This document shows, piece after piece, positions 38,723-48,913 of a stretch of 64,000 nucleotides of DNA. The DNA is from Akkermansiaceae bacterium (GTDB lineage Bacteria > Verrucomicrobiota > Verrucomicrobiia > Verrucomicrobiales > Akkermansiaceae): contig JBPOGF010000014.1 of the NCBI GenBank assembly GCA_051251915.1, forward strand, positions 1-64,000, read 5' to 3'. Made by a program: the position numbers and the translations under genes. Under the pieces are notes generated by a model. That model had not been told where the DNA came from, did no database searches, and saw only the letters and a list, made by a program, of their open reading frames with translations. Within the stretch, counting starts at the first letter, position 1. Every line of letters starts with the position of its first letter.

Positions 38723-38858
38723 CTTAAGTGATACTACGCCTGTTTTTGTAGAAAAATAGAATGGTTGCTATTTTGGCTAAAACCATCTAGAAAAATCTCA
38801 CTATTGATGGTAGCTAGACTGTTACTGAGATAGCATATTAACCAATGAAATTCTACAA

Positions 38859-40541
38859 GTGGGATTTATAGATGCAATCAAACGCTGGAAGCTTGCCCAA
38901 CAAGGCATGTCTTCTGGAAAGAAAAGAAGAACGCACGAGCAAGGTTCATTGACTGGGTCAATGGATAGAAGCTTTGGAGTGAGAACTCTGCTTTACTTGT
39001 TATTCATATTTCTGAGTACTATTCTGATGCTGCGGAATCCTTCGAGCTACGAAAGCTTGTTTGGGACGGCTGCTTTTTTACAGATTGCTCTTTGTTTTGC
39101 GGTGATTGCTGTGTTTGAGATTCAGCACTCGCATAAACCTCGTAATGTCAGGGTGATACTTATGTTTGGTTCGATTTCTCTGCATTTGCTTTTGGTGCAC
39201 TTGGTGGGGATTATTTTCAGGGGGACTGAATGTGCGTTGTTGGCTTTGCCATTTGCTTTGGCACCGATGATTACATCGGTTTTGCTTAATAGGCAGGGAG
39301 GTATTTTTGCGACACTTGCGGTTACGCTCAGTGGGTTACTTATCGTTCCGAAGGAGTCATTGATACATTATGCGGTGATGAGTATGTTCTGTGGATTGAT
39401 GGTGGTGTATCTGACGAAGAATGTGCGGCGCCGAGGCTCGTTACTCCGTGCTGGTGTTTATGCTGGTGTGGTGGTTCTGGTTTTAGCTGTGACTTATGGG
39501 ATGATTGAATTGCCTGATAATGGTGATGGTTGGGCTGATCTGGGGCAGAAGTGTGGTAGTGCGTTAGGGGTAAGTATTTTAATTGCGATGATTGTGAGTG
39601 GGCTGCTTCCGGTGCTGGAGGGGATATTTGGGATTACGACTGATATTAGTTGGCTTGAGCTTAGTGATCTGAACCATAAGTTAATGAAGAGACTTCAGTT
39701 GGAAGCTCCTGGGACATTTCATCATAGTTTGGTGGTGGCGTCTCTGGCAGAAGCTGCGGCTGAGAGTATAGGTGCGAATGCTCCGATGTGCCGAGTCTGT
39801 GCTTATTTCCATGATATTGGGAAGTTGAAGAAACCTGAGTATTTTATTGAGAACCAAGGTGAAGAGAATCTGCATGATACGATCACTCCCACGATGTCTG
39901 CGCTGGTCATTATTGCTCATGTGAAGGATGGAGTGGATCTGGCTGTGAAGCATAAGTTGAATCCGTTGATCATTGATGTGATCAAGGAGCACCATGGTGA
40001 CTCGCTGGTCTATTATTTCTATCACAAGGCAAATGAGCTTAAGCGTGAGGGAGAGGGGAAGGTGGAGAAGGGGCTCGAAAAAGCTGAGGACATCACGATG
40101 GTGAATGAGAAGAATTTCCGCTATCCGGGGCCTATTCCTAGTTCTAAGGAGAGTGGGATTATTAGTTTAGCGGATGCGATAGAAAGTGCTTCAAGGACGA
40201 TCCGAAAGCCTACGCCGAGTAAGATCCGGGCTCTAGTGGATGAACTGGTGATGAAGCGAGTTTCTGAAGGGCAGCTTGATAACTGTAGGCTAAGTCTTAG
40301 GGAGCTGAAGCAGGTGCGTGAGAGTTTCTCAACTACTCTTAGAAGTATGCTCCATAGCCGCATTGATTATCCGAAGGAAAAGGAAAAGGAGAAGGAGAAA
40401 GATAAGCGGGATGATAGGGAGAGAAAATCTGATCTTGGATCAGCTTCGGCAGCGTTTAAAGTGGAGAAGTCTGCGAAGAAGAAGGAGGTGAAATCTGCTG
40501 ATAAGCCAGTGGACTCAGATTCTGATGCGTTGAAGAATTAA
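38859..40541 (+). CDS. 7TM-HD (HDIG) phosphohydrolase, PgpH/YqfF-like
   Basis: Multiple TM helices; APGTFHHS, YFHDIGK, EHHG, FRYPGP; adjacent to ybeY. Confidence 0.9.
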   Translation: MGFIDAIKRWKLAQQGMSSGKKRRTHEQGSLTGSMDRSFGVRTLLYLLFIFLSTILMLRNPSSYESLFGTAAFLQIALCFAVIAVFEIQHSHKPRNVRVILMFGSISLHLLLVHLVGIIFRGTECALLALPFALAPMITSVLLNRQGGIFATLAVTLSGLLIVPKESLIHYAVMSMFCGLMVVYLTKNVRRRGSLLRAGVYAGVVVLVLAVTYGMIELPDNGDGWADLGQKCGSALGVSILIAMIVSGLLPVLEGIFGITTDISWLELSDLNHKLMKRLQLEAPGTFHHSLVVASLAEAAAESIGANAPMCRVCAYFHDIGKLKKPEYFIENQGEENLHDTITPTMSALVIIAHVKDGVDLAVKHKLNPLIIDVIKEHHGDSLVYYFYHKANELKREGEGKVEKGLEKAEDITMVNEKNFRYPGPIPSSKESGIISLADAIESASRTIRKPTPSKIRALVDELVMKRVSEGQLDNCRLSLRELKQVRESFSTTLRSMLHSRIDYPKEKEKEKEKDKRDDRERKSDLGSASAAFKVEKSAKKKEVKSADKPVDSDSDALKN

Positions 40542-40549
40542 TCTTAAAG

Positions 40550-40990
40550 ATGGCGACTCTGGAGGTATATAATCATCAGAATAAGGAAGTTATTTCTGAT
40601 GAACTATTAGATAAGTTTTCACGCTGTGGGAGCTTGGCTCTGCCAATGGCGCTTGATCATCCTGCACATGGTGGGGGAGTTCTGGCTGAGTTAGAGGAGG
40701 TGGAGATATCGATCGTGAGTGATGAGGTTATTGCTCAGGTTCATGTGGATTTTATGGATATACCTGGTGCGACTGATGTGATCACTTTTGCGCATGGGGA
40801 GATAGTGATTAGTGCGGAGACTGCGCGTGAGTATGGCGCGGCGTATGGAAATAGTTTTGAAAGGGAGTTGATGCTTTATATCATTCATGGGCTTCTTCAT
40901 TTGTCTGGGCACGAAGATGCTGATCCGAATGAGAGGGCTGAAATGGAAAAAATCCAGACCCGCATTTTAGAGCAGGTCTGGATTAGTTAG
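40550..40990 (+). CDS. ybeY: rRNA maturation RNase YbeY
   Basis: TDVITF, HGLLHLSGHED. Confidence 0.95.
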   Translation: MATLEVYNHQNKEVISDELLDKFSRCGSLALPMALDHPAHGGGVLAELEEVEISIVSDEVIAQVHVDFMDIPGATDVITFAHGEIVISAETAREYGAAYGNSFERELMLYIIHGLLHLSGHEDADPNERAEMEKIQTRILEQVWIS

Positions 40991-41018
40991 AGATTTAGAT
41001 TAAATCTGTGAACAGGGC

Positions 41019-42488
41019 TTAGTCCTTATTTTTCAGCTGTGGGAAGAGGACTACGTCTCTGATGGTGGGTGCTCCGGTGAGCATCATGATGAGGCGATCG
41101 ATTCCGATGCCGATTCCACCTGCTGGAGGCATTCCGCTTTCCATGGTTTCTACGAAATCATGGTCGATGTTTTGAGTTTCACCGCCTGCTTGTTCCTCGA
41201 AGCGTTGACGCTGGAGGATGGGGTCATTTAGCTCTGAGTAGCCAGGGGAGATCTCTTGGCCATTGATGATGAGTTCGTAGACATCGATGACGTCTGGGTT
41301 CTCTGGATTTAGCTTAGCGAGTGGGATGAGTTCTTTGGAGACGTGAGTGACGAAGCATGGATCGAATGAATGCTCTTCCACGAGTTTCTCGAAGACTTGC
41401 TGAGTGATCTCGTAGTCTTCCATGTTGTCTGAGATTTCTACGCCTAGTTCTTTGCACTTTGCTCGGTGTTGTTCTTCTGTTAGGTCGAACCAGTCATCGC
41501 CTGCGACTTCTTTGATGAGGTCGTGGTATGGTCTGCGTTTCCATGGTCGTTCTAGGTTGATGGTGCGGAGAGGGGTGCCTTCTGCGTCTTTGTGCTCGAT
41601 TTGTAGTCCACCGCAGAATTTCTCGGCGAGGTGGCATGTCATTTCTTCTACGAGGTCAGCCATTTGCTCGAAATCTGAGAATGCCCAGTAGGCTTCTAGC
41701 ATGGTGAACTCTGGATTGTGGCGACGTGAGATGCCTTCGTTTCGGAAGTTTCTGTTGAGTTCGAAGATCTTGGTGAATCCGCCGCAGAGTAGTCTCTTGA
41801 GGTGGAGTTCAGGTGCGACTCGGAGTGTGAGTGGCATGCTGAGGGCATTGTGGTGAGTCTCAAATGGCTTGGCAGCTGCTCCGCCTGCAACGCCGTGAAG
41901 CATTGGAGTTTCTACTTCTAGGAAGCCGCGCTCGTGGAGGAAGTTGCGGATTTCTGCGATCATTTGTGAGCGCTTGACGAAGAGGTCTGCGCTTTCTTGG
42001 TTCGACATGAGGTCGAGGTGGCGTTTGCGGTATTTTGTTTCACGGTCAGAGACTCCGTGCCATTTGTCTGGCATAGGGCGGAGTGCTTTGGATAGGACGG
42101 TGAGTTTTTCAACTTTGACTGACGGTTCGCCTTTTCCTGTGGTGAATGTTTCACCTTCGATGCCTACCCAGTCACCTAGGTCCATGAGTTTCCAAGCTTG
42201 CCAGTCTAGTTCAGAGAGGCCTTTTTGGTTGAGGTAGCCTTGGATACGACCGTGGACGTCTCCGATGGTGAAGAATACGCTTTTTCCCATGTCGCGGATA
42301 GCGAGTAGGCGGCCTGCGAGAGTTACTGGTTTGTCGTTCTCGAAGTTTGCTTTAAGTTCACCTGGGGTGATGGTGACTGGAAATTTTTGTCCATAGGGAT
42401 CGATCCCAAGAGCACGGAGTTGGTTCATTTTCTCGGTGCGGACTGCGATGAGTTCTTGCTCAGTTGATTGCGTTTCTTGCTCGCTCAT
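41019..42488 (-). CDS. lysS: Lysine-tRNA ligase (class II)
   Basis: GGAAAKPF, FRNEGISRRHNPEF, GIGIDRL. Confidence 0.98.
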   Translation of the reverse strand: MSEQETQSTEQELIAVRTEKMNQLRALGIDPYGQKFPVTITPGELKANFENDKPVTLAGRLLAIRDMGKSVFFTIGDVHGRIQGYLNQKGLSELDWQAWKLMDLGDWVGIEGETFTTGKGEPSVKVEKLTVLSKALRPMPDKWHGVSDRETKYRKRHLDLMSNQESADLFVKRSQMIAEIRNFLHERGFLEVETPMLHGVAGGAAAKPFETHHNALSMPLTLRVAPELHLKRLLCGGFTKIFELNRNFRNEGISRRHNPEFTMLEAYWAFSDFEQMADLVEEMTCHLAEKFCGGLQIEHKDAEGTPLRTINLERPWKRRPYHDLIKEVAGDDWFDLTEEQHRAKCKELGVEISDNMEDYEITQQVFEKLVEEHSFDPCFVTHVSKELIPLAKLNPENPDVIDVYELIINGQEISPGYSELNDPILQRQRFEEQAGGETQNIDHDFVETMESGMPPAGGIGIGIDRLIMMLTGAPTIRDVVLFPQLKNKD

Positions 42489-42647
42489 AGTGAAGCGGAG
42501 ACTAGTGGTGTTTAGGGAATTTGCAATAGAAGATTACAGGGAATTAGGATTAATTTACCAAAATTGATAATTAGAACTTGCGGAGCCACAGATTATATAG
42601 TATTGATCAGTAACTTAATTTTTTGGGTTTTTAATTAGGTTAATGAG

Positions 42648-42679
42648 TAAAGCCTCCTTGGTTCGCCAAGGGGGCTTTA
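42648..42679 (-). terminator. Terminator-like hairpin after the sulfatase gene
   Basis: TAAAGCCTCCTTGG-TTCG-CCAAGGGGGCTTTA. Confidence 0.7.
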
Positions 42680-42705
42680 TGAATCTCTAGGTGTAGCGTT
42701 GCAGG

Positions 42706-44085
42706 TTACTTGGTTGATTTGCGCTCACTTGAGAACACGTCGCCAGTGGGTTTGGCTGGAAGTTCTTTGAGCCATGCTTGGAGGTCTTTGGTGAGGTCAG
42801 CGACTACTTCTGGGTTTTTACCAGCTAGGTTGTTACTTTCGGCTACATCAGAGTCTATTTTGTAGAGTTCTGCTTTATTTAGCTTTGTGCTGATTACGAG
42901 TTTCCATGGGCCTTTGACTACGGCGTAGCGGGTGTAGAGTTTCCAGAATAGTGGTTTGGTTCTGGTGAGCATTTTATCACCTTTTAGAATGTTAGTGATG
43001 TCTACTCCGTCTGGTTTGTAGTCGGCTGGCATTTCAGCTCCTGCGATGGCGCAGAAGGTGGGGAGTAGATCTACGGCTGAGATGAGTGAAGCGGTATCAA
43101 TTTTTCCAGCTGGGATGTGTTTAGGCCAGCGGGCGATGAATGGGACACCGATTCCGCCTTCGTATAATGTTGCTTTGTGGCCTTTTCTTCCTCCGGTGAT
43201 GCCTTTGGATGCTCCGGTGTTGTAGCCTGCTCCGGTGGCTGTATCGTAGAAGAGCTCGGGTTCGATGGGGCTTTTGGCGCGGGCGGGGCCGTTATCTGAG
43301 CTGAAAACGACGAGGGTGTTATCGGTGATTTTTAGGTCATCTAGGGTGTCTAGGAGTAGGCCGATGCGGTCGTCTGCGTGTGAGAGGACTGAGGCGTAGA
43401 TCTGGTCTGCGCGGTTTTCTAAGTCACGGAATCTCCATTCGAACATGGGGACGGTGTGGAATGGGGTGTGAGGCTCGTGCATCCAGAGGTTGAGGAAGAA
43501 TGGTTTATTTTCTGCGTGAGCGCTTTTGATGAATTTTATGGATTCGATGACGTCTTCGTGGACTGGTAGCTGGACGCCTGAGCAGTTGAATGCCCATGCT
43601 TGGTCGTAGCCGTATTTGATGGGTGCTGGTGAATCTGGGATCATGTTGTTGGCGAGGTGCCATTTTCCAAAGTGAGCGGTTTTGTAGCCGGCTTTTTGGA
43701 GCATTTTGGGGAGGGTTGGGGCGTTTAGGTCAAGCCAGTCTGGCATTCCTCGTTTGGCGTTGTTGTCTGGGAATGCGAAGTGGCCATCGATGGCGTAGCG
43801 AGCGGGGAAGTGTCCGGTCATGACTGCGGCGCGGCTAGGTGAGCATACTCCGCTGGCAACGGTGAAGCGCTGGAAGTCTGTGCCTTCGTTTGCGATTCTG
43901 TCGATGTTGGGGGTTTTGATGTATGGGTGATCATGGCAACTGAGGTCTCCCCAGCCCCAGTCATCGGTGAAGATAAAGAGAATGTTTGGCTTAGATTGAG
44001 TTTCTGTAGGTTGCGGTTCTTGTGCATTTAGTCCTGCAAATGAGAATCCGAGTAAACTACCTGTAAGAATTAGTTTTTTTATCAT
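42706..44085 (-). CDS. Formylglycine-dependent sulfatase
   Basis: FTDD, CSPSR, GKWH, SSDNG. Confidence 0.95.
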   Translation of the reverse strand: MIKKLILTGSLLGFSFAGLNAQEPQPTETQSKPNILFIFTDDWGWGDLSCHDHPYIKTPNIDRIANEGTDFQRFTVASGVCSPSRAAVMTGHFPARYAIDGHFAFPDNNAKRGMPDWLDLNAPTLPKMLQKAGYKTAHFGKWHLANNMIPDSPAPIKYGYDQAWAFNCSGVQLPVHEDVIESIKFIKSAHAENKPFFLNLWMHEPHTPFHTVPMFEWRFRDLENRADQIYASVLSHADDRIGLLLDTLDDLKITDNTLVVFSSDNGPARAKSPIEPELFYDTATGAGYNTGASKGITGGRKGHKATLYEGGIGVPFIARWPKHIPAGKIDTASLISAVDLLPTFCAIAGAEMPADYKPDGVDITNILKGDKMLTRTKPLFWKLYTRYAVVKGPWKLVISTKLNKAELYKIDSDVAESNNLAGKNPEVVADLTKDLQAWLKELPAKPTGDVFSSERKSTK

Positions 44086-44233
44086 CAGTTTGATTTGGTT
44101 ATGATTACATCTGTATTACAGCTGTAAAATGAGTATCCATTTCAAGGCATTAGGTGTTAGGAAGCGAGCAAAAAATAGCGGAAGAATGTCAGTATGTTTG
44201 GCTGAGAATGTATATGCTATGGGATGGGGATTT

Positions 44234-47200
44234 TTACTTATGGGAGGGTGCTACTTTTAGGTTCATGAGGACTTGCTGATCAGACTCGTGGAGGCGGCGA
44301 GTTACTGATTGGCGGGTTTCATTTGGGGCGCCGTAGTTCCTGATGACTTCCATGGTGAGGGTGGTGTCGCTTTTGTGGTGGTCATTCCAGTCGCCTCGGA
44401 ATTTGGCGGTTAGGGTGTATTCTCCGGGGAGTTGTTTCTGGAGCGATGCTGATTCTGGTCCTAGGCCGTGGCTGATATCGCTTAGTTGAATCCAGTGGTT
44501 GAAATTTTGTTGATGGGTGAGTTCTCGGTGTTTGTCAATGAGGGTGTTTTTTATGATGAGATCGATGTCGAATTGCTCGGAGTCCCAGATGAGGTTGACT
44601 TTGATGTCTAGTGGGACATGGCGGACTAGTGAGGAGTCTATTCCGAGGTCTGCTGGGTTGATGTTTCCTTTGATGAGACAGGCGTTCATTTCTTCCAGGT
44701 AGATTATGTTGCGATGTCTGTAGTGGTTGTCTTTGAGTGCACGATAGTAGAGTGAGGCTGCGGTGTGGTAATCTTTTTGTTTGTCGTGTAAGCGTGCGAG
44801 GTCGTAGAGGCTGGTTTCTGCGTTGTTAGTAAGAAATGCTATGCGTTGGAAGAGGCGTTTAGCTGTGGGGAGTTCGCCATTGCGGAAAAATGCTCTGGCT
44901 GCTCTGCGGAGGATTTCTGGGTTGTCTGGATGGAGTTCTGCGAGATCTTGAGCGACTTTAGAGGTAAGTTTTTTTGCATTTTGATCTAGGAGGTAGCAGA
45001 TGATGTCCTCGTAGAAGTCGGCAGTCCAAGTGTGTTTATTTTTGAGTGTGAGGTAGGTGTTGAACCACTTGTCCTGGTCAAGTAGCGCTATTTTGGAGAG
45101 GGTCTGGAGGTAAGTTTTTTTCTGATCCCAATGGTAGGTGGTCTTGGTGAGTTTAAGTGGCTGAGTTTTTGTTGATGGCTGAGTATTGCGGCCGTCTCCC
45201 CAAAAGTTTTGTTCGCGAATGAATATTCGGTCATGTGGGTAGAGTTTTTCAATTTGGTGTTCAGGGATCTTCATGCTGTATTTATAGACCTTTCCATTTC
45301 TGTGTAGCTCAACTCTATTTAAGGCGGCGAAGACTGTGGGGTGAGATAAGTCTACGCCTTGTTTTAATGTTGTTCCTGATCTTAGTGATAGTAGTCCTGG
45401 GTTTCTGAGTTGGCCGCTAAATGCGACAGGCATCATTTTTTGGCGGGCGATGAGGGTATCACGTAGTGTGGTGTATTTTTTGAGCTGTTGGGAGATGGCT
45501 AGTTGGTTGGTTTCAGTGGTGGTTTGTTGGTGGATTTGTTTAAGAGCGGCTTTTTCTATGGGGGTGAGCTCGATGATGTCTGTAGGGGTGTCTAGCCAGT
45601 AGTTGACGTCATCATTGATGAAGCTGTGGGCGAAATGTTGGTATGTGGGCTTCTTTTTGGTTAGTTCATCGCAGTGTTTTTTCCATTTTTCTGCGTAGCG
45701 AGCGAGGCGATGGTTTGGTTTTGATTTTTTGTATGCGAGAAGTTTATTCCAGGATACTACTAGTTCTGGGTGGGTTTCTGGGGGTGGGATGTTGTAGTGG
45801 ATGTGTTGGTGGATGTTTTCTAGGACGATCCATGAGTGTTTGGTGTCTGCGACTTGGTGCTCGGTGTGGAATGCTGAGATTTCGGAGTTGGGTGCTGATT
45901 TGGCTTTGAGTTTTTTGGCATATTGGTGGGCCCATAGCCAGTAGGCGGCTTTGTGGTTGTGTTCGTCTGCGATATTTAGATCACGGGAAATGCCTGAGCA
46001 GATGATGTGTGAGCTTGTTTTTCCGTAACTCATAGAGGTTAAGCCCATGTTACGGAAGCCATGGTGCTGGCTGAGGAAGGAGAGGTCTTTTAGGTAGTTG
46101 TTGTTGCTTTTTTCTAAGATGGTAAATAGGGGGAATGTTAGATTTTCTGGGATGTCTTGGTGGCCCTCGGGGAACTGGCCATCGGTGATGATGATGACTC
46201 CGTTGTGTGGTTCATTCCAGGGGAGGACGGAGGGTCTAGCCATGCCGTGTGGTTTGATTTTTTGGAGGCGCTGGATGAGGGAGTCGCATTTGCCATCTTT
46301 GACTGTGAAGGATTCTTTGGCTTCAAGGGAATCGCGGAAGATAGAGAGTTCTATTTTTCCTGATTTTCTCCAGATGAACCATTTTTGGAGTTCATCGAGT
46401 ATTTTGTGATTGGCTTTAATTGATCCGTCCCACCAGAGTTGGGTTGTGTCTCCTGGTTGTTTAATGAGATGGATGTCGAAAAAGCTATCGTCTTCCCAGA
46501 ATATGGATGTGTATGTCTTTCCTTTTTCTTTCCATGCTAGGGTTACAGGTAAGCTTTGGAGATTCAGGAGGCATGGTTTGAGGGCTTGCTTTTGACCTTC
46601 CATGGAGGCGGTCCAGGAGCCTTTTTGGGTTTTGGTGAATTTCCATCCTTGGGCTGTTGGTGGGGCTGAGACGTTGGAGATGGAGATGGTGGTTTTCGTT
46701 GTGGTTGCTGAGCCGAATGTTTCTAGGGCGAGGTCGACTTGGTTGTTTTCGATCATGCGCATGGTGGTGAGCCAGACGGTTTTTGTTTTATGGGATTCGA
46801 TGGGGAAGACGCGCATTTTGAAGAGGTTGTTTTCTTCATCGATTTCGACGATTCCTGGGTCGGTTTTTTGGCGGACGATGTTTTCGTATGCGTGGAGAGC
46901 TTTTGTTGCGGAGACGACAACGCCGGCGCGTTTTTCGCCGAAGACATCCATGGCGTATTCTACGATTTTGGAGCCTGCTGGGAGTGGGCATATGAGTTGG
47001 CCTTCGGTGCTGGCGTCGCCGTCGTTGTAGAAGACGAGTTTGTATTTTTGGATGAGGATGTGTCCGATGATTTCGTTTTCTATCTGGATGGACTGGAGGT
47101 TGGTTTGGCGTTTGTTTGTTCCTTCTCCAATGGAGATGCTTACTTGGGCGTGGGTTATATTTACGACTAGGAATAGTAGATAGAAAATGGCAGGCAGGAC

Positions 47201-47242
47201 TCTCATATGAGAGTAGGACAGGTGAGGGGGGAGGTTGTTCAA
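44234..47242 (-). CDS. VIT-domain protein with SLBB-like, TPR and C-terminal DUF2135/YfaP-like domains
   Basis: EGQLICPLP...A...YENIVRQKTDPG (VIT); TPR helices; DIKVNLIWD...DIDL...GLGPE. Confidence 0.75.
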   Translation of the reverse strand: MNNLPPHLSYSHMRVLPAIFYLLFLVVNITHAQVSISIGEGTNKRQTNLQSIQIENEIIGHILIQKYKLVFYNDGDASTEGQLICPLPAGSKIVEYAMDVFGEKRAGVVVSATKALHAYENIVRQKTDPGIVEIDEENNLFKMRVFPIESHKTKTVWLTTMRMIENNQVDLALETFGSATTTKTTISISNVSAPPTAQGWKFTKTQKGSWTASMEGQKQALKPCLLNLQSLPVTLAWKEKGKTYTSIFWEDDSFFDIHLIKQPGDTTQLWWDGSIKANHKILDELQKWFIWRKSGKIELSIFRDSLEAKESFTVKDGKCDSLIQRLQKIKPHGMARPSVLPWNEPHNGVIIITDGQFPEGHQDIPENLTFPLFTILEKSNNNYLKDLSFLSQHHGFRNMGLTSMSYGKTSSHIICSGISRDLNIADEHNHKAAYWLWAHQYAKKLKAKSAPNSEISAFHTEHQVADTKHSWIVLENIHQHIHYNIPPPETHPELVVSWNKLLAYKKSKPNHRLARYAEKWKKHCDELTKKKPTYQHFAHSFINDDVNYWLDTPTDIIELTPIEKAALKQIHQQTTTETNQLAISQQLKKYTTLRDTLIARQKMMPVAFSGQLRNPGLLSLRSGTTLKQGVDLSHPTVFAALNRVELHRNGKVYKYSMKIPEHQIEKLYPHDRIFIREQNFWGDGRNTQPSTKTQPLKLTKTTYHWDQKKTYLQTLSKIALLDQDKWFNTYLTLKNKHTWTADFYEDIICYLLDQNAKKLTSKVAQDLAELHPDNPEILRRAARAFFRNGELPTAKRLFQRIAFLTNNAETSLYDLARLHDKQKDYHTAASLYYRALKDNHYRHRNIIYLEEMNACLIKGNINPADLGIDSSLVRHVPLDIKVNLIWDSEQFDIDLIIKNTLIDKHRELTHQQNFNHWIQLSDISHGLGPESASLQKQLPGEYTLTAKFRGDWNDHHKSDTTLTMEVIRNYGAPNETRQSVTRRLHESDQQVLMNLKVAPSHK

Positions 47243-47907
47243 TTTGATGAGGGGAAATTAGGTTCCTCTAGAGCTTTGAGGAAGTTTGGGTGGGCGCCGG
47301 AGAAGCGTTGGTATTCTCCTTCACGGCCGCGGCTTTTTAGGAGTTTTTTTTCTGGTAACCAGTTGATGAACAATAATACGAACCCGATGATAGTGAGGTT
47401 AGAAGATCTTGTTCCAGATATCATCGGGATGATAATTAATAGGATTATGCCTGCGAACATAGGTACAAAGCGAAAGTAGCTTCTTAGTTGTCTTGATTTT
47501 AGGATTTGTGGCGAGCAAAATACGTGGACTGCTCCACCTTGTGTTCGGGTGCTAGAGTGCAGAATAGAGAAGAGTAATACCAAGGGAAAGAATGCGGTCC
47601 AACCTAACGATGAGGAGATCGAATTAAAAGTATATAGGTTAAAGCCAAGATAGCTTAGGCATAGGAGAATCATTATTAGATTAAATGGTTTTAGCATGTC
47701 TTGCCAAGGGGTTCTGGAGCGTAGTTGGACTGGGATGGGGGTGGATTTATCTGTTTCATCTCCGGTGACTACGCAGACTCGGGGGCCGATGAAGTTTTCT
47801 TTTACCATGAGGTGGTCTCCGTCACGATAGCCTAGGGTGTTGGATTCTAGGTTGGGGTTTACTACGGATGTTTTTGGGGGAGTGTAGGGGTTTAGTTCTA
47901 GAGGCAT
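47239..47907 (-). CDS. Hypothetical membrane protein
   Basis: NPYTPP N-terminus, 4 TM segments, GAHPNFL; paralog of the adjacent gene. Confidence 0.7.
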   Translation of the reverse strand: MPLELNPYTPPKTSVVNPNLESNTLGYRDGDHLMVKENFIGPRVCVVTGDETDKSTPIPVQLRSRTPWQDMLKPFNLIMILLCLSYLGFNLYTFNSISSSLGWTAFFPLVLLFSILHSSTRTQGGAVHVFCSPQILKSRQLRSYFRFVPMFAGIILLIIIPMISGTRSSNLTIIGFVLLFINWLPEKKLLKSRGREGEYQRFSGAHPNFLKALEEPNFPSSN

Positions 47908-47931
47908 CTTGAGCTAGGTATTGCTGTTAGA

Positions 47932-48537
47932 TTATTTTATGTTGGATGCAGTAGGGAGGGCTTGGAGGAAGTTTTCGTGGGCGCCTTTGAAGTAGTGGTG
48001 TCCGTTTTCTTCATTTTCATATGCAACGGGGTGCTTTTTATAGAGGTAACTTCCTATGATCACTAGGGGTAGGTATAGGATGTACGTTTGGAAATTAAAC
48101 TTAGGTTGTGTACTTAAGATCATGATTGATGCGGCTGCTATGTAGAAAATTGTGGAGAGAGTGTTTCTGCGTGATCTTTTGGTTTGGTATGGCTTGGAGT
48201 AGTGTATTTGGATGAAGGGGGATTTATAGTTGTTGGCAAGAGTGAGGGTTAGGAACCATAGGGGGATTGTTAGGAATGTGAATATACGGTTATCGATGAG
48301 GAAGGCAGCTATGATGAGTGCGGCGGTGGTGAGGATGTAGAAGATGATTTTGTAGAGTAATCTTTTTTCCCAGCCATCGCCTGTGGTTAGGTAGACTTTG
48401 GTGGGTTTTACGTCGTCTTGGATGATGATGCCTGTGGCGGCGCAGATATTAGGGGCGATGTAGCCGGCGGGGGCTGAGAATTCTTTGTCTGAGCGGTATG
48501 CTGATTGGGGGGATGAGTGGGTGGTGGGTATCGGCAT
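47932..48537 (-). CDS. Hypothetical membrane protein
   Basis: PNICAATG, 4 TM segments, GAHENFL. Confidence 0.7.
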   Translation of the reverse strand: MPIPTTHSSPQSAYRSDKEFSAPAGYIAPNICAATGIIIQDDVKPTKVYLTTGDGWEKRLLYKIIFYILTTAALIIAAFLIDNRIFTFLTIPLWFLTLTLANNYKSPFIQIHYSKPYQTKRSRRNTLSTIFYIAAASIMILSTQPKFNFQTYILYLPLVIIGSYLYKKHPVAYENEENGHHYFKGAHENFLQALPTASNIK

Positions 48538-48643
48538 GCTTATACATTAGCTTAGATTAATGGGTGCTGTAAACTGTTGATGACGGATTGATTTTAGATT
48601 GTAGGGAATATAGTGGGGGAGGGGCGGCTCTTATTAGTAACTT

Positions 48644-48859
48644 ATGGAAGATATAATGATTATTTTGGGCATGCTGGTGCTTTATTACGCGCTGCAGATG
48701 TGGATTTTGCCCGCCTTTGGAGTTCCGACATGAATGAAGCCTAAAAAGTCCTCCGGCGGGGGATGAGGGATTTCTAAACCTAAATCACCGGTCGGTGATG
48801 AGTTGGAGAAAATAGAGGAGTCGACAAGGGAGTCTGGAGAAGATGGAGTTGCTAAGTAA
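48644..48859 (+). CDS. Putative 71-aa membrane selenoprotein with two UGA(Sec) codons; missed by the ORF track
   Basis: MEDIMIILGMLVLYYALQMWILPAFGVPT-U-MKPKKSSGGG-U-GISKPKSPVGDELEKIEESTRESGEDGVAK*. A SECIS-like hairpin follows each UGA, and a terminator-like hairpin follows the final TAA. Confidence 0.65.
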
Positions 48860-48882
48860 AAGGCTACCAGAGTGGTAGCCTT
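48860..48882. terminator. Bidirectional terminator-like hairpin
   Basis: AAGGCTACCA-GAG-TGGTAGCCTT, perfect 10-bp stem between convergent genes. Confidence 0.75.
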
Positions 48883-48913
48883 AGGTAGTCAATTTAAGAA
48901 GAATTTGTTTGGG

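Noticed and set aside
38760..38835. Hairpins upstream of the PgpH-like gene as a c-di-AMP riboswitch
   Set aside because: No ydaO consensus motifs visible.
40374..40402. GAAAAG/GAGAAG short repeats
   Set aside because: They encode a low-complexity KEKEKEK tail, not a DNA element.
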